From NCBI GenBank assembly GCA_039798785.1, contig JBDKFG010000067.1:1-27267 (forward strand): a stretch of DNA of 27,267 bases, read 5' to 3'. Below the pieces are notes generated by a model. It made no database searches, was not told the origin of the DNA, and was given only the letters and a program-made list of their open reading frames with translations. Positions 1 through 8,520 of this stretch are shown here, in pieces. A program made the translations under genes and the position numbers. The number at the start of each line of letters is the position of its first letter. Position 1 is the stretch's first letter. The DNA comes from Verrucomicrobiota bacterium. Its GTDB lineage: Bacteria > Verrucomicrobiota > Lentisphaeria > Lentisphaerales > Lentisphaeraceae.

Positions 1-1
1 G

Positions 2-3000
2 TCCTCCGCGTCTTCCGCAGTTCAAAACCTCAACGACTCCCCCACCGGTTCCGTCACCATTTCCGGCGAGCTCATCCAGGGCCAAACGCTCACCGCCTCG
101 AACACCCTCGCCGACCTCGACGGCCTCGGCGAAATCACCTACACCTGGAAGGCCGACGACCTCACCCTCGGCACCGGCTCCAGCTTCACCCTGAGCCAAG
201 CTGAAGTGAGCAAAGAAATCAGTGTTGTCGCGTCTTATTCCGATGGCCACGGCATGAATGAAAGCGTCGCCTCTACATCTACGGCAAGCATCGCGAACAT
301 CGACGACCCTAGCACGGGCATTCTTTCTATTGTCGGCGCGATCGAGGAAGGCTCCAGCGTGTCCGCCTCCGTCACCTCCTTGTTGGACCTTGACGGTGCG
401 GCCTCAATTTCCTCGTATGGCTGGGAAGTATCCGTGGATGGCTCCACCGCTTGGACCGCCGCTCCCGGCACTGCGAACGCCGCAAACTACGCCATCCCGT
501 CGGATCAATCCCTCGTCGGCAAGTACCTGCGCTTCAGCATCACGACCAACGATGGCACGATTCTGAGCTCGTCAGGATCTCTTGTTGCCAACGTCGATGA
601 CGCTGCTATAGCGACTCTGTCAATCAGCGGTGCTGTCAAAGAAGGCGCCTCGATTTCAGCCTCAATCTCTTCGCTCACCGATGACGACGGCACCGCCTCG
701 ATTTCCTCCTACGCATGGGAAGTCTCGTCCAACGGCACCTCCGGCTGGACCGCCGCTCCCGGACTTGCGAACACGGCAAACTATTCCATCGCCTCGGATC
801 AATCCCTCGTCGGCAAGTACCTGCGCTTCAAGATCACAAGCTCGGACGAGCTTGGTGGCGCCGCCACACACGTATCTGCCTCCTATCTGGTCAACAATGT
901 AAATGACGTCCCCACCGGCACAGTCAGCATCTCTGGCTCCGCTACACCGGGCCAAACACTCACCGCAAGCCATACCCTCGCCGATGCCGATGGTCTCGGT
1001 ACGATCACCTACACTTGGAAAGATCGCGGAATCACCATCGGCACTGGCGCCACCTATCTGGTGTCTGCGGGTTCCCGGCAAATCAGCGTCACGGCGTCCT
1101 ACACCGATGGCTTTGGCGTTAAAGAATCCTTAACTTCTAGCGCGATGACTTCAGCATCGGGGCAAACTTATGAAGTTTTGGGGCTGAATAACCGCCCCAA
1201 TACATCGCCAGCTCTTACTACATTATCTGATGATAGCTTTATGATTGCATATAAATCAATATCTGTATGGACAGGGCCCCAATTTTCTTCAAGCTTAACA
1301 TATCGCAACGAATATAATTCTAATTACAATCAAATATTTTCTGGACCGCCAATTTACTTGAATGACCCATCTATCTCCAGTTTGCGTAGTGGATATATCA
1401 TAACTTATTCATACTCATCAACTGGGTCAACCGGATCCGATATTTATGCTGAAACAAATTTATCCATAAATAATTCAATCCGCACAAAAATAAATACCTA
1501 CTCCCTCAAGCAGCAATCTAAACCCTCCGTCGCGGAGCTTGAAGACGGTAAAGTGGTGATCACTTGGACCTCTCAAGATCAAGATGGTCAAGGCATGGGA
1601 ATATATGCACGGATCTTAAATTCTGATGGCAGCTTCTTAAGCTCAGAGTTCCTCGTGAATTCGGGCATTCATGGCGATCAGTTTGATGCCGAAGTAGTCT
1701 CACTCCAGAATGGTGCATTCGCGATTGCGTGGTCATCGCTCGAGGGCTTGTCAAAATCGGTTTATATGAAGATTTTTGACAGTCAAGGAGCCAACCTTTC
1801 AGGAGATATCCTGATCACCGATCAAGTGGCCTGCAGCAATCCACAAATAACTTCTTTGTCCGATGGCTCACTTGTCATCGTCTGGTCCTCGGATCACGCG
1901 GGAAGCAGCGACATTTATCTGCAGAGATTCACTCCAGAAGGGATTTCTCTCGCCGAAGCGACAAGGGTCAACAGCTACACCAGTGGAACTCAGAATCAAG
2001 CCAGCCTCTGCGCCTTGGTCGACGGCGGCTACGTCATTTCCTGGACCTCCGTGGGCCAGGACTCTTCCGAAGGCGGCATCTATGCCCAACGTTTTCATGC
2101 AGACGGCAGTGCCTATGGGTCGGAATTCCGAGTCAACACCTACACCGCTCTTGAGCAATCTCATCCCACCCTCACCGCCTTTGCCGATGGCGGCTATCTC
2201 ATCGCTTGGCAATCCTATAAACAATACAATTCGAATTTCTCCATCTACAGCCAGCGTTATGACAAAAACAGCCAGCCGATAGGAACGACGACTTGGTCAG
2301 GAATGACTGATGTTGACAATATTTTTGCCACCGAAGGAAGCGATACGATCAACCTCATCGGCACGGGGGATACAGTGCTTGCCAAAGCTGGCAACGACCT
2401 GATCGGCGTGACAACAACAGACTTCGCCCTGATCGATGGTGGCGAAGGCTACGACCAATTGACGAGCTCAATCAATCTTGATTTTAGCCTCATCGATGAC
2501 CAGAAAATCCAAAACATCGAAGCCTTGGTCCTGACGAGCTCCGGCCTTAGGATCACCCTTAGCGACAGCGATGTCCTCGCCCTGACCGATGATCGCCAAA
2601 CCCTGAAAATTTTCGCCGCCAGTGGCTACGTCAGCGAATTGATTCAACTCGATTCGGGATGGACGGAGACGGAGTTCACGGCGTCCTACGTCACCCTGCA
2701 AAAAAATCAGGCGACCTTGATCCTTCACCGGAGTCTGGATCGGGTGGGGACGAATGACGCTCCGATGGGCTCGGTGAGGATCAACGGCACTCCGACACAA
2801 GGCCAAACTCTCACAGCCTCAAATACTCTTGCGGACGCCGATGGGCTGGGCACGATCAGCTATCTTTGGCTTGATGCTGATGGCCATAACTACGGCAGCG
2901 GCGATCAGCTTCTCCTCACTCAGGAGCATGTCGGCAAAACCCTTTTGGTCCAAGCCACCTATGTCGATGGGCACGGTCAAGAAGAGAGTCCCAGCTCCAG

Positions 3001-6000
3001 CGCCGTTCTGATCGCCAACATCAATGAAAACCCGAGTGGCAGCCTGGGGATCTTGGGCTCAATGGAAATCGGCGCCGAACTGGTCGCCGACACCTCTTCC
3101 ATCGCGGACGCCGATGGCCTGGGGACTTTCCATTACCAATGGTGGGTCGACGGCAATCCCATCGGTGACGACTCTTCCAGCTACATCCTGCAAGCTGCAG
3201 ACCTCGGTAAAGCCATCGGCCTGGAGATCAGTTATACCGACCTCTGCGGGACTGAAGAAAAACTCGGCTTCAACCATGCCGTCTTCTCCAAGATCAAAAA
3301 CATCTTCTTGAAAGATACCGAAATCGCGGACAAATTCCTCGCCGTCTCGGATCAGATCACCGTCAACGAAAGCGGCTGGATCTTCAGCGGCTCCAGCACC
3401 GGCCGCTATGGACAACTCAGTGTCGCTGCTGACGGCAAATACACCTTTACGCCCAACGAAGCCAAGATCAATCTCCTCCCGCTAGGCGATTTCGAAGAAT
3501 CCTATTCCCTGGTCGCCAGCAAAGACGGCCGCCAAGAAAGCTTCACCCTCCTGGTCAGCGTCCAAGGCCGCGATGACGCCGACTTGAACTTCAAGCCGCA
3601 ACACAGCTATTCCAGCAAAATCTCGATCTCCGAATCGGCTGATGGCGGCTGGGTCAGCTCCTGGTTATCCTCCAGCTCTTACTACCAACAGGAATTCACT
3701 TCCGCCGGAACCCGCAAAGGCAGCGAAACCTCGATCGCCACCCCGATCCTGGCCCCCTTGACGGCAAAGCTCGTCAACGGCGGCAGAATCGAACTTTTAA
3801 CTGTTGGCAATGATCTTCATCAGCAGCTCATTTCCCCGTCGGGCGTGATCCAGCCTTCAAGCCTGGTTTACAGCTACACCACGGGTTATTGGTCGAACGC
3901 GTCGGTCACGGCCTTGAAGGATGACTCCTGGGTCATAACTTGGACGGCCACGGACGGCTTGGAGCCTTATATCAATTACACGAGCTCCGGCATTTGGCAG
4001 CAACATTTCGAGGCTTCCGGGCTTCCCGCCGGCCCCCAGTATCGGATCAATGGCAGCATTATCGGCACTCAAGACGGAGCGGTCACCGCGACACTTGCCG
4101 ATGGCGGCTGGGTCACCGCTTGGGTTTCCACCCAATCCACCACCACCGACGGCATCTTCATGCAGCGCTTTGATGCCAATGGCCATCGATTGAGCTTGGA
4201 AACCTTGGTGAATGCGAAGTCTACAAATGCCCGTCCCGCAATCACTGCGCTTTCTGATGGCGGCTGGATCATTGCTTGGGGGGAATACTCCAACGGCATC
4301 TTTATGCAGCGTTACGACGCCGATGGCCACCCCATCAGCCACTCCGAGCAGAGCGGCAGCATCGCGACGGAAACCCTCACCGGCAGCGCGGGTGCCAAGG
4401 ACCTGATTCTCGGCATCGGCGCTGGCGACTCCGCCTTCGGCCTCGCCGGTGATGACATCTTTGAAATCAACAGCAACGACATCGCGCTTGTCGACGGAGG
4501 CGACGGCGACGACACCTTGCGGATCACGCAAAGCATAGATTTTGGCATCGTAGCCCCCAAACTCACATCGATCGAGCACCTGCGCGTCGACAGCATTCTT
4601 GCTGACGGGACTATTATTGACACCAACGTTAGCCGGAATTTGGAAATTCGCGCCGCTTATACCTTCACCGGCACAAACGACGGGACCGGCCACAACATCT
4701 GGACTGATGCAACGGGCCGCAAGCTCTTGGTTGATTCTGACATTGTGGTCGCAGCGCACTCGGCCACAGCCACACTTTCTTTCAGCGGCAAGGTTGAAGA
4801 AGGCACTTCAATTTTCGCCTCGGTCTCTTCCTTGGCCGACCAAGATGGCGCTCCTTCTATCGTGTCGTACACGTGGGAAGTTTCATCCAACGGCTCCACT
4901 GGCTGGACCGCCGCTCCGGGCACAACGAATACCGTCAACTACGCCATCCCCTCGGATCAATCCCTGGTCGGCCAGTACCTTCGCTTCAGAATCACCACTA
5001 ACGACGGTACGATTCTAAGCTCCTCTGGCTCGCTCGTGGCTAATGTCAACGACGCGGCCACCGCCACGCTTTCGATCAACGGCACTGTCGAAGAAGGCGC
5101 CTCGATTTCCGCCTCCGTCGCCGCTCTCGCCGACCCTGATGGCGCCCCATTGATTTCTTCCTACGTTTGGCAAGTCTCTTCCGACGGTATCTCCGGCTGG
5201 GCCACCGCGCCTGGAACTGCTAATGCAGCCAATTATGCCATCCCTGCAGCGCAAGTTCTGGCCGGCAAATACCTCCGCTTCAGCATTACGACCAACGACG
5301 GCACCGTGATCAGCTCATCCAGCTCGCTCGTCGCCAATGTCAACGATCCAGCCACGGCATCGCTTTCGATCAGCGGCACTGTCGAAGAGGGTGCCTCGGT
5401 GTCCGCTGGCATCGCCTCTCTTTCCGACCCTGATGGATCTACCTCGATCTCCTCCTGCGCCTGGGAAGTTTCGTCCAACGGCACAAGCGGTTGGACCGCC
5501 GCTCCTGGGACTTCTAACACAGCGAGCTACGCCATCCCCTCGGATCAATCCTTGGTCGGCAAGTACCTGCGCTTCAGCATCAGCACCGATGACGGCACGG
5601 TTCTAAATTCCAGCGCCACACTGGTTGCCAATGTCAATGATCCCGCCACGGCTATTCTCTCGATCAGCGGCAGTGTTCAGGAAGGTGGATACGTAACCAC
5701 TTCCATCGCTTCCTTGATCGATCCAGACGGAAACCCTTCGATTTCCTCTTACGCCTGGGAAGTCTCATCGAACGGTTCCACCGGTTGGACCGCCGCTCCC
5801 GGACTTGCGACCTCAGCAAACTACGCCATCCCCTCGGACCAATCTCTCGTCGGCAAGTACCTGCGCTTCAGTATCAGCACCAACGATGGCACAATTCTAA
5901 GCTCATCCGGCTCCGTCGTTGCCAATGTCAACGACCCAGCATCTGCCACTTTGGCTATCACAGGCCGGGTCGAGGAAGGAGCCTCGGTTTCAGCTTCGAT

Positions 6001-8326
6001 CAGCTCTTTGGTCGATCCAGACGGAACTTCTTCGATTGTCTCCTACACTTGGGAAGTTTCAAGCAATGGTTACACGGGGTGGACCACAGCTCCTGGAACT
6101 GCGAACACCGTGAACTACGCCATCCCTTCGGATCAATCTCTCGTCGGCAAGTACCTCCGCTTCAGCATTACCACGGACGACGGGACACTTTTGAGCCATT
6201 GGGGCTCATACGTGTCCAATGTCAACGATGCTGCCACTGCGACGCTCTCCATCTTCGGCACTGTTGAAGAAGGCGCCTCGGTTTCAGCTTCCGTCCTCGC
6301 CTTGGCGGATGAGGATGGCACCCCCTCGATTTCCTCTTATTCCTGGCAAGTGTCGTCCGATGGCTCCACAGGCTGGACTACCGCCCCAGGCATTGCTGGC
6401 ACTAGCAATTATGCCATTCCTTCCGATCAATCTTTGGTAGGTAAATACCTGCGCTTCAGTATCAGAACCAACGATGGCACGACTCTGAACTCATCCAACT
6501 CTTTCGTCACTAATATCAATGACTCTGCGACTGGAGATATCATCATCCTAGGAACCCCGAATGTTGGCCAAACTCTTTCTGTTATCAGCGCCCTGAGCGA
6601 TGGAGATGGTCTCGGAACTATCTCATACACGTGGCTCGCCGACGGTTCAGCCATCGGTACGGGAGACAGCTTGATCCTGAGCGAAAGCCAGATTGGTCAA
6701 TCCATCAGTGTCCTCGCTTCCTACACAGATGCCGGTGGCACATTCGAAAGCCGGACATCCTCGCCCATTCCGTTGAATGGTTCCATCACCGGTTCAGTTG
6801 TCATCTCGGGTTGGGTCGAAGTGGGTCAAATTTTGACCGCTTCCAATACCTTGGCTGATTCCGATGGACTTGGCCCCATCACCTACACTTGGTTTGCCGA
6901 CGGCAACGCCATTGGCTCGGGGAGCAGTATCACTCTTACTCAGGCGCAGCTCGGTAAATCGATCTATCTGGCTGCTTCCTATATCGATGGGTCTGGTGCT
7001 TCCGAAAAGGTCAATTCTTTAGCTCAAATCGCTTCCGATTCTCCTAAAGATCTTCGAGTGAACACCTATACCGCCTCCAATCAAGTGTGGCCTTCCGCAA
7101 CCCTTTTGAAAGACGGTGGCTGGGTGGTCACTTGGACATCCTACTATCAAGATGGTGGTGGCGGCGGAGCATACGGACAAGGCGTCTACAGTCAGAGATA
7201 TGCTTCCAATGGCATGAAAATTGGCCGTGAAAAACAAGTCAATACCTTTACTTATTCTGACCAAATGGATTCTACTGTGGCCGCCTTGGAAGATGGTGGC
7301 TATGTGATCTCCTGGTCATCACACAATCAAGACTACGATCAAAATTATCATCCGGGGATATTCCAGCAGAGATATGACGCTCACGGGAATCCTCTAGGGG
7401 CAGAAAGACAAGTCAATACCTTCAGTGAGGGCACTCAGCAAGCCAGCACTATTCTAGGCTTAAAAAATGGCGGCTGGGTGGTAGCATGGGAGTCAGGTTA
7501 TAGCATCAGACAGCAAGTCTATAGTGCCGATGGTAGTCTCGTTGGATACGAAACAATCGTCAGTTCCTGGGGAGATAATCACGAACCCTATCTGACAGCT
7601 CTATCCGATGGCGGCTGGCGAGTTTATTGGGAAACCTCTGTTTATTACGGTCCATCATCTTATGGCCCAGCAGGAGTGACGCCCCGCCGAGGCATTGTCT
7701 GGCGAGATTACTCTGCGACAGGGGATGCCATCGGCAATGAAGTTTTCTCGTATTCAACGTTTACTGATAATTCAACACACATCGGACTTCAAGACGGCGG
7801 ATGGCTGGATACATGGTCTGCCGATGGTCAAGATGGCTCGGGCATGAACATTTACAGTCAGCGTTTTGACTCTTCCGGCAACCGCGTCGGAGGCAATCTT
7901 TACGCCGGGAGCGCATCCCAGGATCAATTTTTCGGCACGCGTAACAGTGACGAGTTTATCTCTATCTCCACAGGTGACCGCTCCTACGGCCTCGCCGGCG
8001 ATGACAGCTTCGTCCTCGCTTCCCACGACTTCGCCCTCATCGACGGCGGTGCCGGCCAGGATAAACTGACCCTCGCCGGAAACCTCGATTTGACCGCTCT
8101 CGACGATGCCAAGCTCACGAGCATCGAGATCATCGACCTGAACGGCAAAAACCTCGCCTTGAACCTCGCCGAAGTGCTCAACTTGAGCAGTGCGCTCACC
8201 CTCAAGGGCAGCGGCACGCTGGATCTGCTCGATACCTGGACCCCAGGCGCCACGGCCAATGGCTACACCAATTACACCCAAGATGCCGCCAGCCTCCTGG
8301 TGGATGTCCACATCAACGTCGTCTAA
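2..8326 (+). CDS. Giant RTX/T1SS-type repetitive surface adhesin (5' partial): Ig-like repeats, VCBS-like repeat, DGG-W repeat blocks, Ca-binding GGxGxD motifs
   Basis: The frame of ORF 206..8326 has no stop back to base 2 (SSASSAVQNLNDSPTGSVTISG...GQTLTASNTLADLDGLGEITYTW), so the true start lies upstream of the window. Contains GGEGYD, GGDGDD and GGAGQD RTX-like motifs. The C-terminus 'LTSIEIIDLNG...LLVDVHINVV' resembles the ends of T1SS-secreted adhesins. Confidence 0.9.
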   Translation, partial: SSASSAVQNLNDSPTGSVTISGELIQGQTLTASNTLADLDGLGEITYTWKADDLTLGTGSSFTLSQAEVSKEISVVASYSDGHGMNESVASTSTASIANIDDPSTGILSIVGAIEEGSSVSASVTSLLDLDGAASISSYGWEVSVDGSTAWTAAPGTANAANYAIPSDQSLVGKYLRFSITTNDGTILSSSGSLVANVDDAAIATLSISGAVKEGASISASISSLTDDDGTASISSYAWEVSSNGTSGWTAAPGLANTANYSIASDQSLVGKYLRFKITSSDELGGAATHVSASYLVNNVNDVPTGTVSISGSATPGQTLTASHTLADADGLGTITYTWKDRGITIGTGATYLVSAGSRQISVTASYTDGFGVKESLTSSAMTSASGQTYEVLGLNNRPNTSPALTTLSDDSFMIAYKSISVWTGPQFSSSLTYRNEYNSNYNQIFSGPPIYLNDPSISSLRSGYIITYSYSSTGSTGSDIYAETNLSINNSIRTKINTYSLKQQSKPSVAELEDGKVVITWTSQDQDGQGMGIYARILNSDGSFLSSEFLVNSGIHGDQFDAEVVSLQNGAFAIAWSSLEGLSKSVYMKIFDSQGANLSGDILITDQVACSNPQITSLSDGSLVIVWSSDHAGSSDIYLQRFTPEGISLAEATRVNSYTSGTQNQASLCALVDGGYVISWTSVGQDSSEGGIYAQRFHADGSAYGSEFRVNTYTALEQSHPTLTAFADGGYLIAWQSYKQYNSNFSIYSQRYDKNSQPIGTTTWSGMTDVDNIFATEGSDTINLIGTGDTVLAKAGNDLIGVTTTDFALIDGGEGYDQLTSSINLDFSLIDDQKIQNIEALVLTSSGLRITLSDSDVLALTDDRQTLKIFAASGYVSELIQLDSGWTETEFTASYVTLQKNQATLILHRSLDRVGTNDAPMGSVRINGTPTQGQTLTASNTLADADGLGTISYLWLDADGHNYGSGDQLLLTQEHVGKTLLVQATYVDGHGQEESPSSSAVLIANINENPSGSLGILGSMEIGAELVADTSSIADADGLGTFHYQWWVDGNPIGDDSSSYILQAADLGKAIGLEISYTDLCGTEEKLGFNHAVFSKIKNIFLKDTEIADKFLAVSDQITVNESGWIFSGSSTGRYGQLSVAADGKYTFTPNEAKINLLPLGDFEESYSLVASKDGRQESFTLLVSVQGRDDADLNFKPQHSYSSKISISESADGGWVSSWLSSSSYYQQEFTSAGTRKGSETSIATPILAPLTAKLVNGGRIELLTVGNDLHQQLISPSGVIQPSSLVYSYTTGYWSNASVTALKDDSWVITWTATDGLEPYINYTSSGIWQQHFEASGLPAGPQYRINGSIIGTQDGAVTATLADGGWVTAWVSTQSTTTDGIFMQRFDANGHRLSLETLVNAKSTNARPAITALSDGGWIIAWGEYSNGIFMQRYDADGHPISHSEQSGSIATETLTGSAGAKDLILGIGAGDSAFGLAGDDIFEINSNDIALVDGGDGDDTLRITQSIDFGIVAPKLTSIEHLRVDSILADGTIIDTNVSRNLEIRAAYTFTGTNDGTGHNIWTDATGRKLLVDSDIVVAAHSATATLSFSGKVEEGTSIFASVSSLADQDGAPSIVSYTWEVSSNGSTGWTAAPGTTNTVNYAIPSDQSLVGQYLRFRITTNDGTILSSSGSLVANVNDAATATLSINGTVEEGASISASVAALADPDGAPLISSYVWQVSSDGISGWATAPGTANAANYAIPAAQVLAGKYLRFSITTNDGTVISSSSSLVANVNDPATASLSISGTVEEGASVSAGIASLSDPDGSTSISSCAWEVSSNGTSGWTAAPGTSNTASYAIPSDQSLVGKYLRFSISTDDGTVLNSSATLVANVNDPATAILSISGSVQEGGYVTTSIASLIDPDGNPSISSYAWEVSSNGSTGWTAAPGLATSANYAIPSDQSLVGKYLRFSISTNDGTILSSSGSVVANVNDPASATLAITGRVEEGASVSASISSLVDPDGTSSIVSYTWEVSSNGYTGWTTAPGTANTVNYAIPSDQSLVGKYLRFSITTDDGTLLSHWGSYVSNVNDAATATLSIFGTVEEGASVSASVLALADEDGTPSISSYSWQVSSDGSTGWTTAPGIAGTSNYAIPSDQSLVGKYLRFSIRTNDGTTLNSSNSFVTNINDSATGDIIILGTPNVGQTLSVISALSDGDGLGTISYTWLADGSAIGTGDSLILSESQIGQSISVLASYTDAGGTFESRTSSPIPLNGSITGSVVISGWVEVGQILTASNTLADSDGLGPITYTWFADGNAIGSGSSITLTQAQLGKSIYLAASYIDGSGASEKVNSLAQIASDSPKDLRVNTYTASNQVWPSATLLKDGGWVVTWTSYYQDGGGGGAYGQGVYSQRYASNGMKIGREKQVNTFTYSDQMDSTVAALEDGGYVISWSSHNQDYDQNYHPGIFQQRYDAHGNPLGAERQVNTFSEGTQQASTILGLKNGGWVVAWESGYSIRQQVYSADGSLVGYETIVSSWGDNHEPYLTALSDGGWRVYWETSVYYGPSSYGPAGVTPRRGIVWRDYSATGDAIGNEVFSYSTFTDNSTHIGLQDGGWLDTWSADGQDGSGMNIYSQRFDSSGNRVGGNLYAGSASQDQFFGTRNSDEFISISTGDRSYGLAGDDSFVLASHDFALIDGGAGQDKLTLAGNLDLTALDDAKLTSIEIIDLNGKNLALNLAEVLNLSSALTLKGSGTLDLLDTWTPGATANGYTNYTQDAASLLVDVHINVV
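308..895 (+). repeat. Two 294-bp (98-aa) Ig-like coding repeats, type A
   Basis: Anchor aagtacctgcgcttc (KYLRF) at 521 and 815, exactly 294 bp apart. Confidence 0.9.
3356..3580 (+). repeat. Single VCBS-like domain within the adhesin
   Basis: GRYGQLSVAADGKYTFTPN...L..G...ESY...DG...FTLLVSVQGRDDA matches the remembered VCBS repeat pattern. Confidence 0.6.
4760..6523 (+). repeat. Six tandem 294-bp (98-aa) Ig-like coding repeats, type A
   Basis: (K/Q)YLRF anchor at 4973, 5267, 5561, 5855, 6149 and 6443, constant 294-bp period. Consensus ATATLSISGxVEEGASVSA...SYxWEVSSNGxTGWTAAPG...NYAIPSDQSLVGKYLRFSIxTNDG. Confidence 0.95.
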
Positions 8327-8334
8327 ACACCCGG

Positions 8335-8366
8335 AAAAAAGCCCCTCGCATCGCTGCAAGGGGGCT
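8335..8366 (-). terminator. Intrinsic terminator for tRNA-Arg, possibly bidirectional with the adhesin gene
   Basis: Minus strand reads AGCCCCCTTGCA-GCGA-TGCGAGGGGCT-TTTTT: GC stem, GNRA loop and U tract, between convergent genes. Confidence 0.8.
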
Positions 8367-8384
8367 CATTTACAACACTTAGAA

Positions 8385-8461
8385 TGGTACGCCGAACTGG
8401 GTTCGAACCAGTAACCGTCCGCTTAGAAGGCGGATGCTCTATCCGATTGAGCTATCAGCGC
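8385..8461 (-). tRNA. tRNA-Arg(UCU)
   Basis: Reverse complement GCGCTGATAGCTCAATCGGATAGAGCATCCGCCTTCTAAGCGGACGGTTACTGGTTCGAACCCAGTTCGGCGTACCA. It has a 7-bp acceptor stem, a D arm, anticodon arm TCCGC-CT TCT AA-GCGGA, a GGTTCGAA T loop and an encoded CCA. Confidence 0.97.
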
Positions 8462-8473
8462 GTGAGAGTGCGG

Positions 8474-8501
8474 AACTTAGACGCAGGAGATGGAAAAACA
8501 A
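8474..8501 (-). promoter_or_regulatory. Putative sigma70 promoter for tRNA-Arg
   Basis: Minus strand TTGTTT-16 nt-TAAGTT followed by GC-rich CCGCAC, just upstream of the tRNA. Confidence 0.4.
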
Positions 8502-8520
8502 GGCCGGAACAAGGCGAGTC

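Noticed and set aside
206..208. GTG start of the adhesin as given by the ORF track
   Set aside because: The frame is open back to base 2 and continues an Ig-like repeat, so the gene is 5'-truncated by the window.
1170..1500. AAT/AAC-rich patch as a DGR template or variable region
   Set aside because: No second copy differing only at adenines and no reverse transcriptase in the window.
4760..6523. Regularly spaced repeats as a possible CRISPR array
   Set aside because: The period is 294 bp, in frame and protein-coding, with no short repeat/unique spacer structure and no cas genes.
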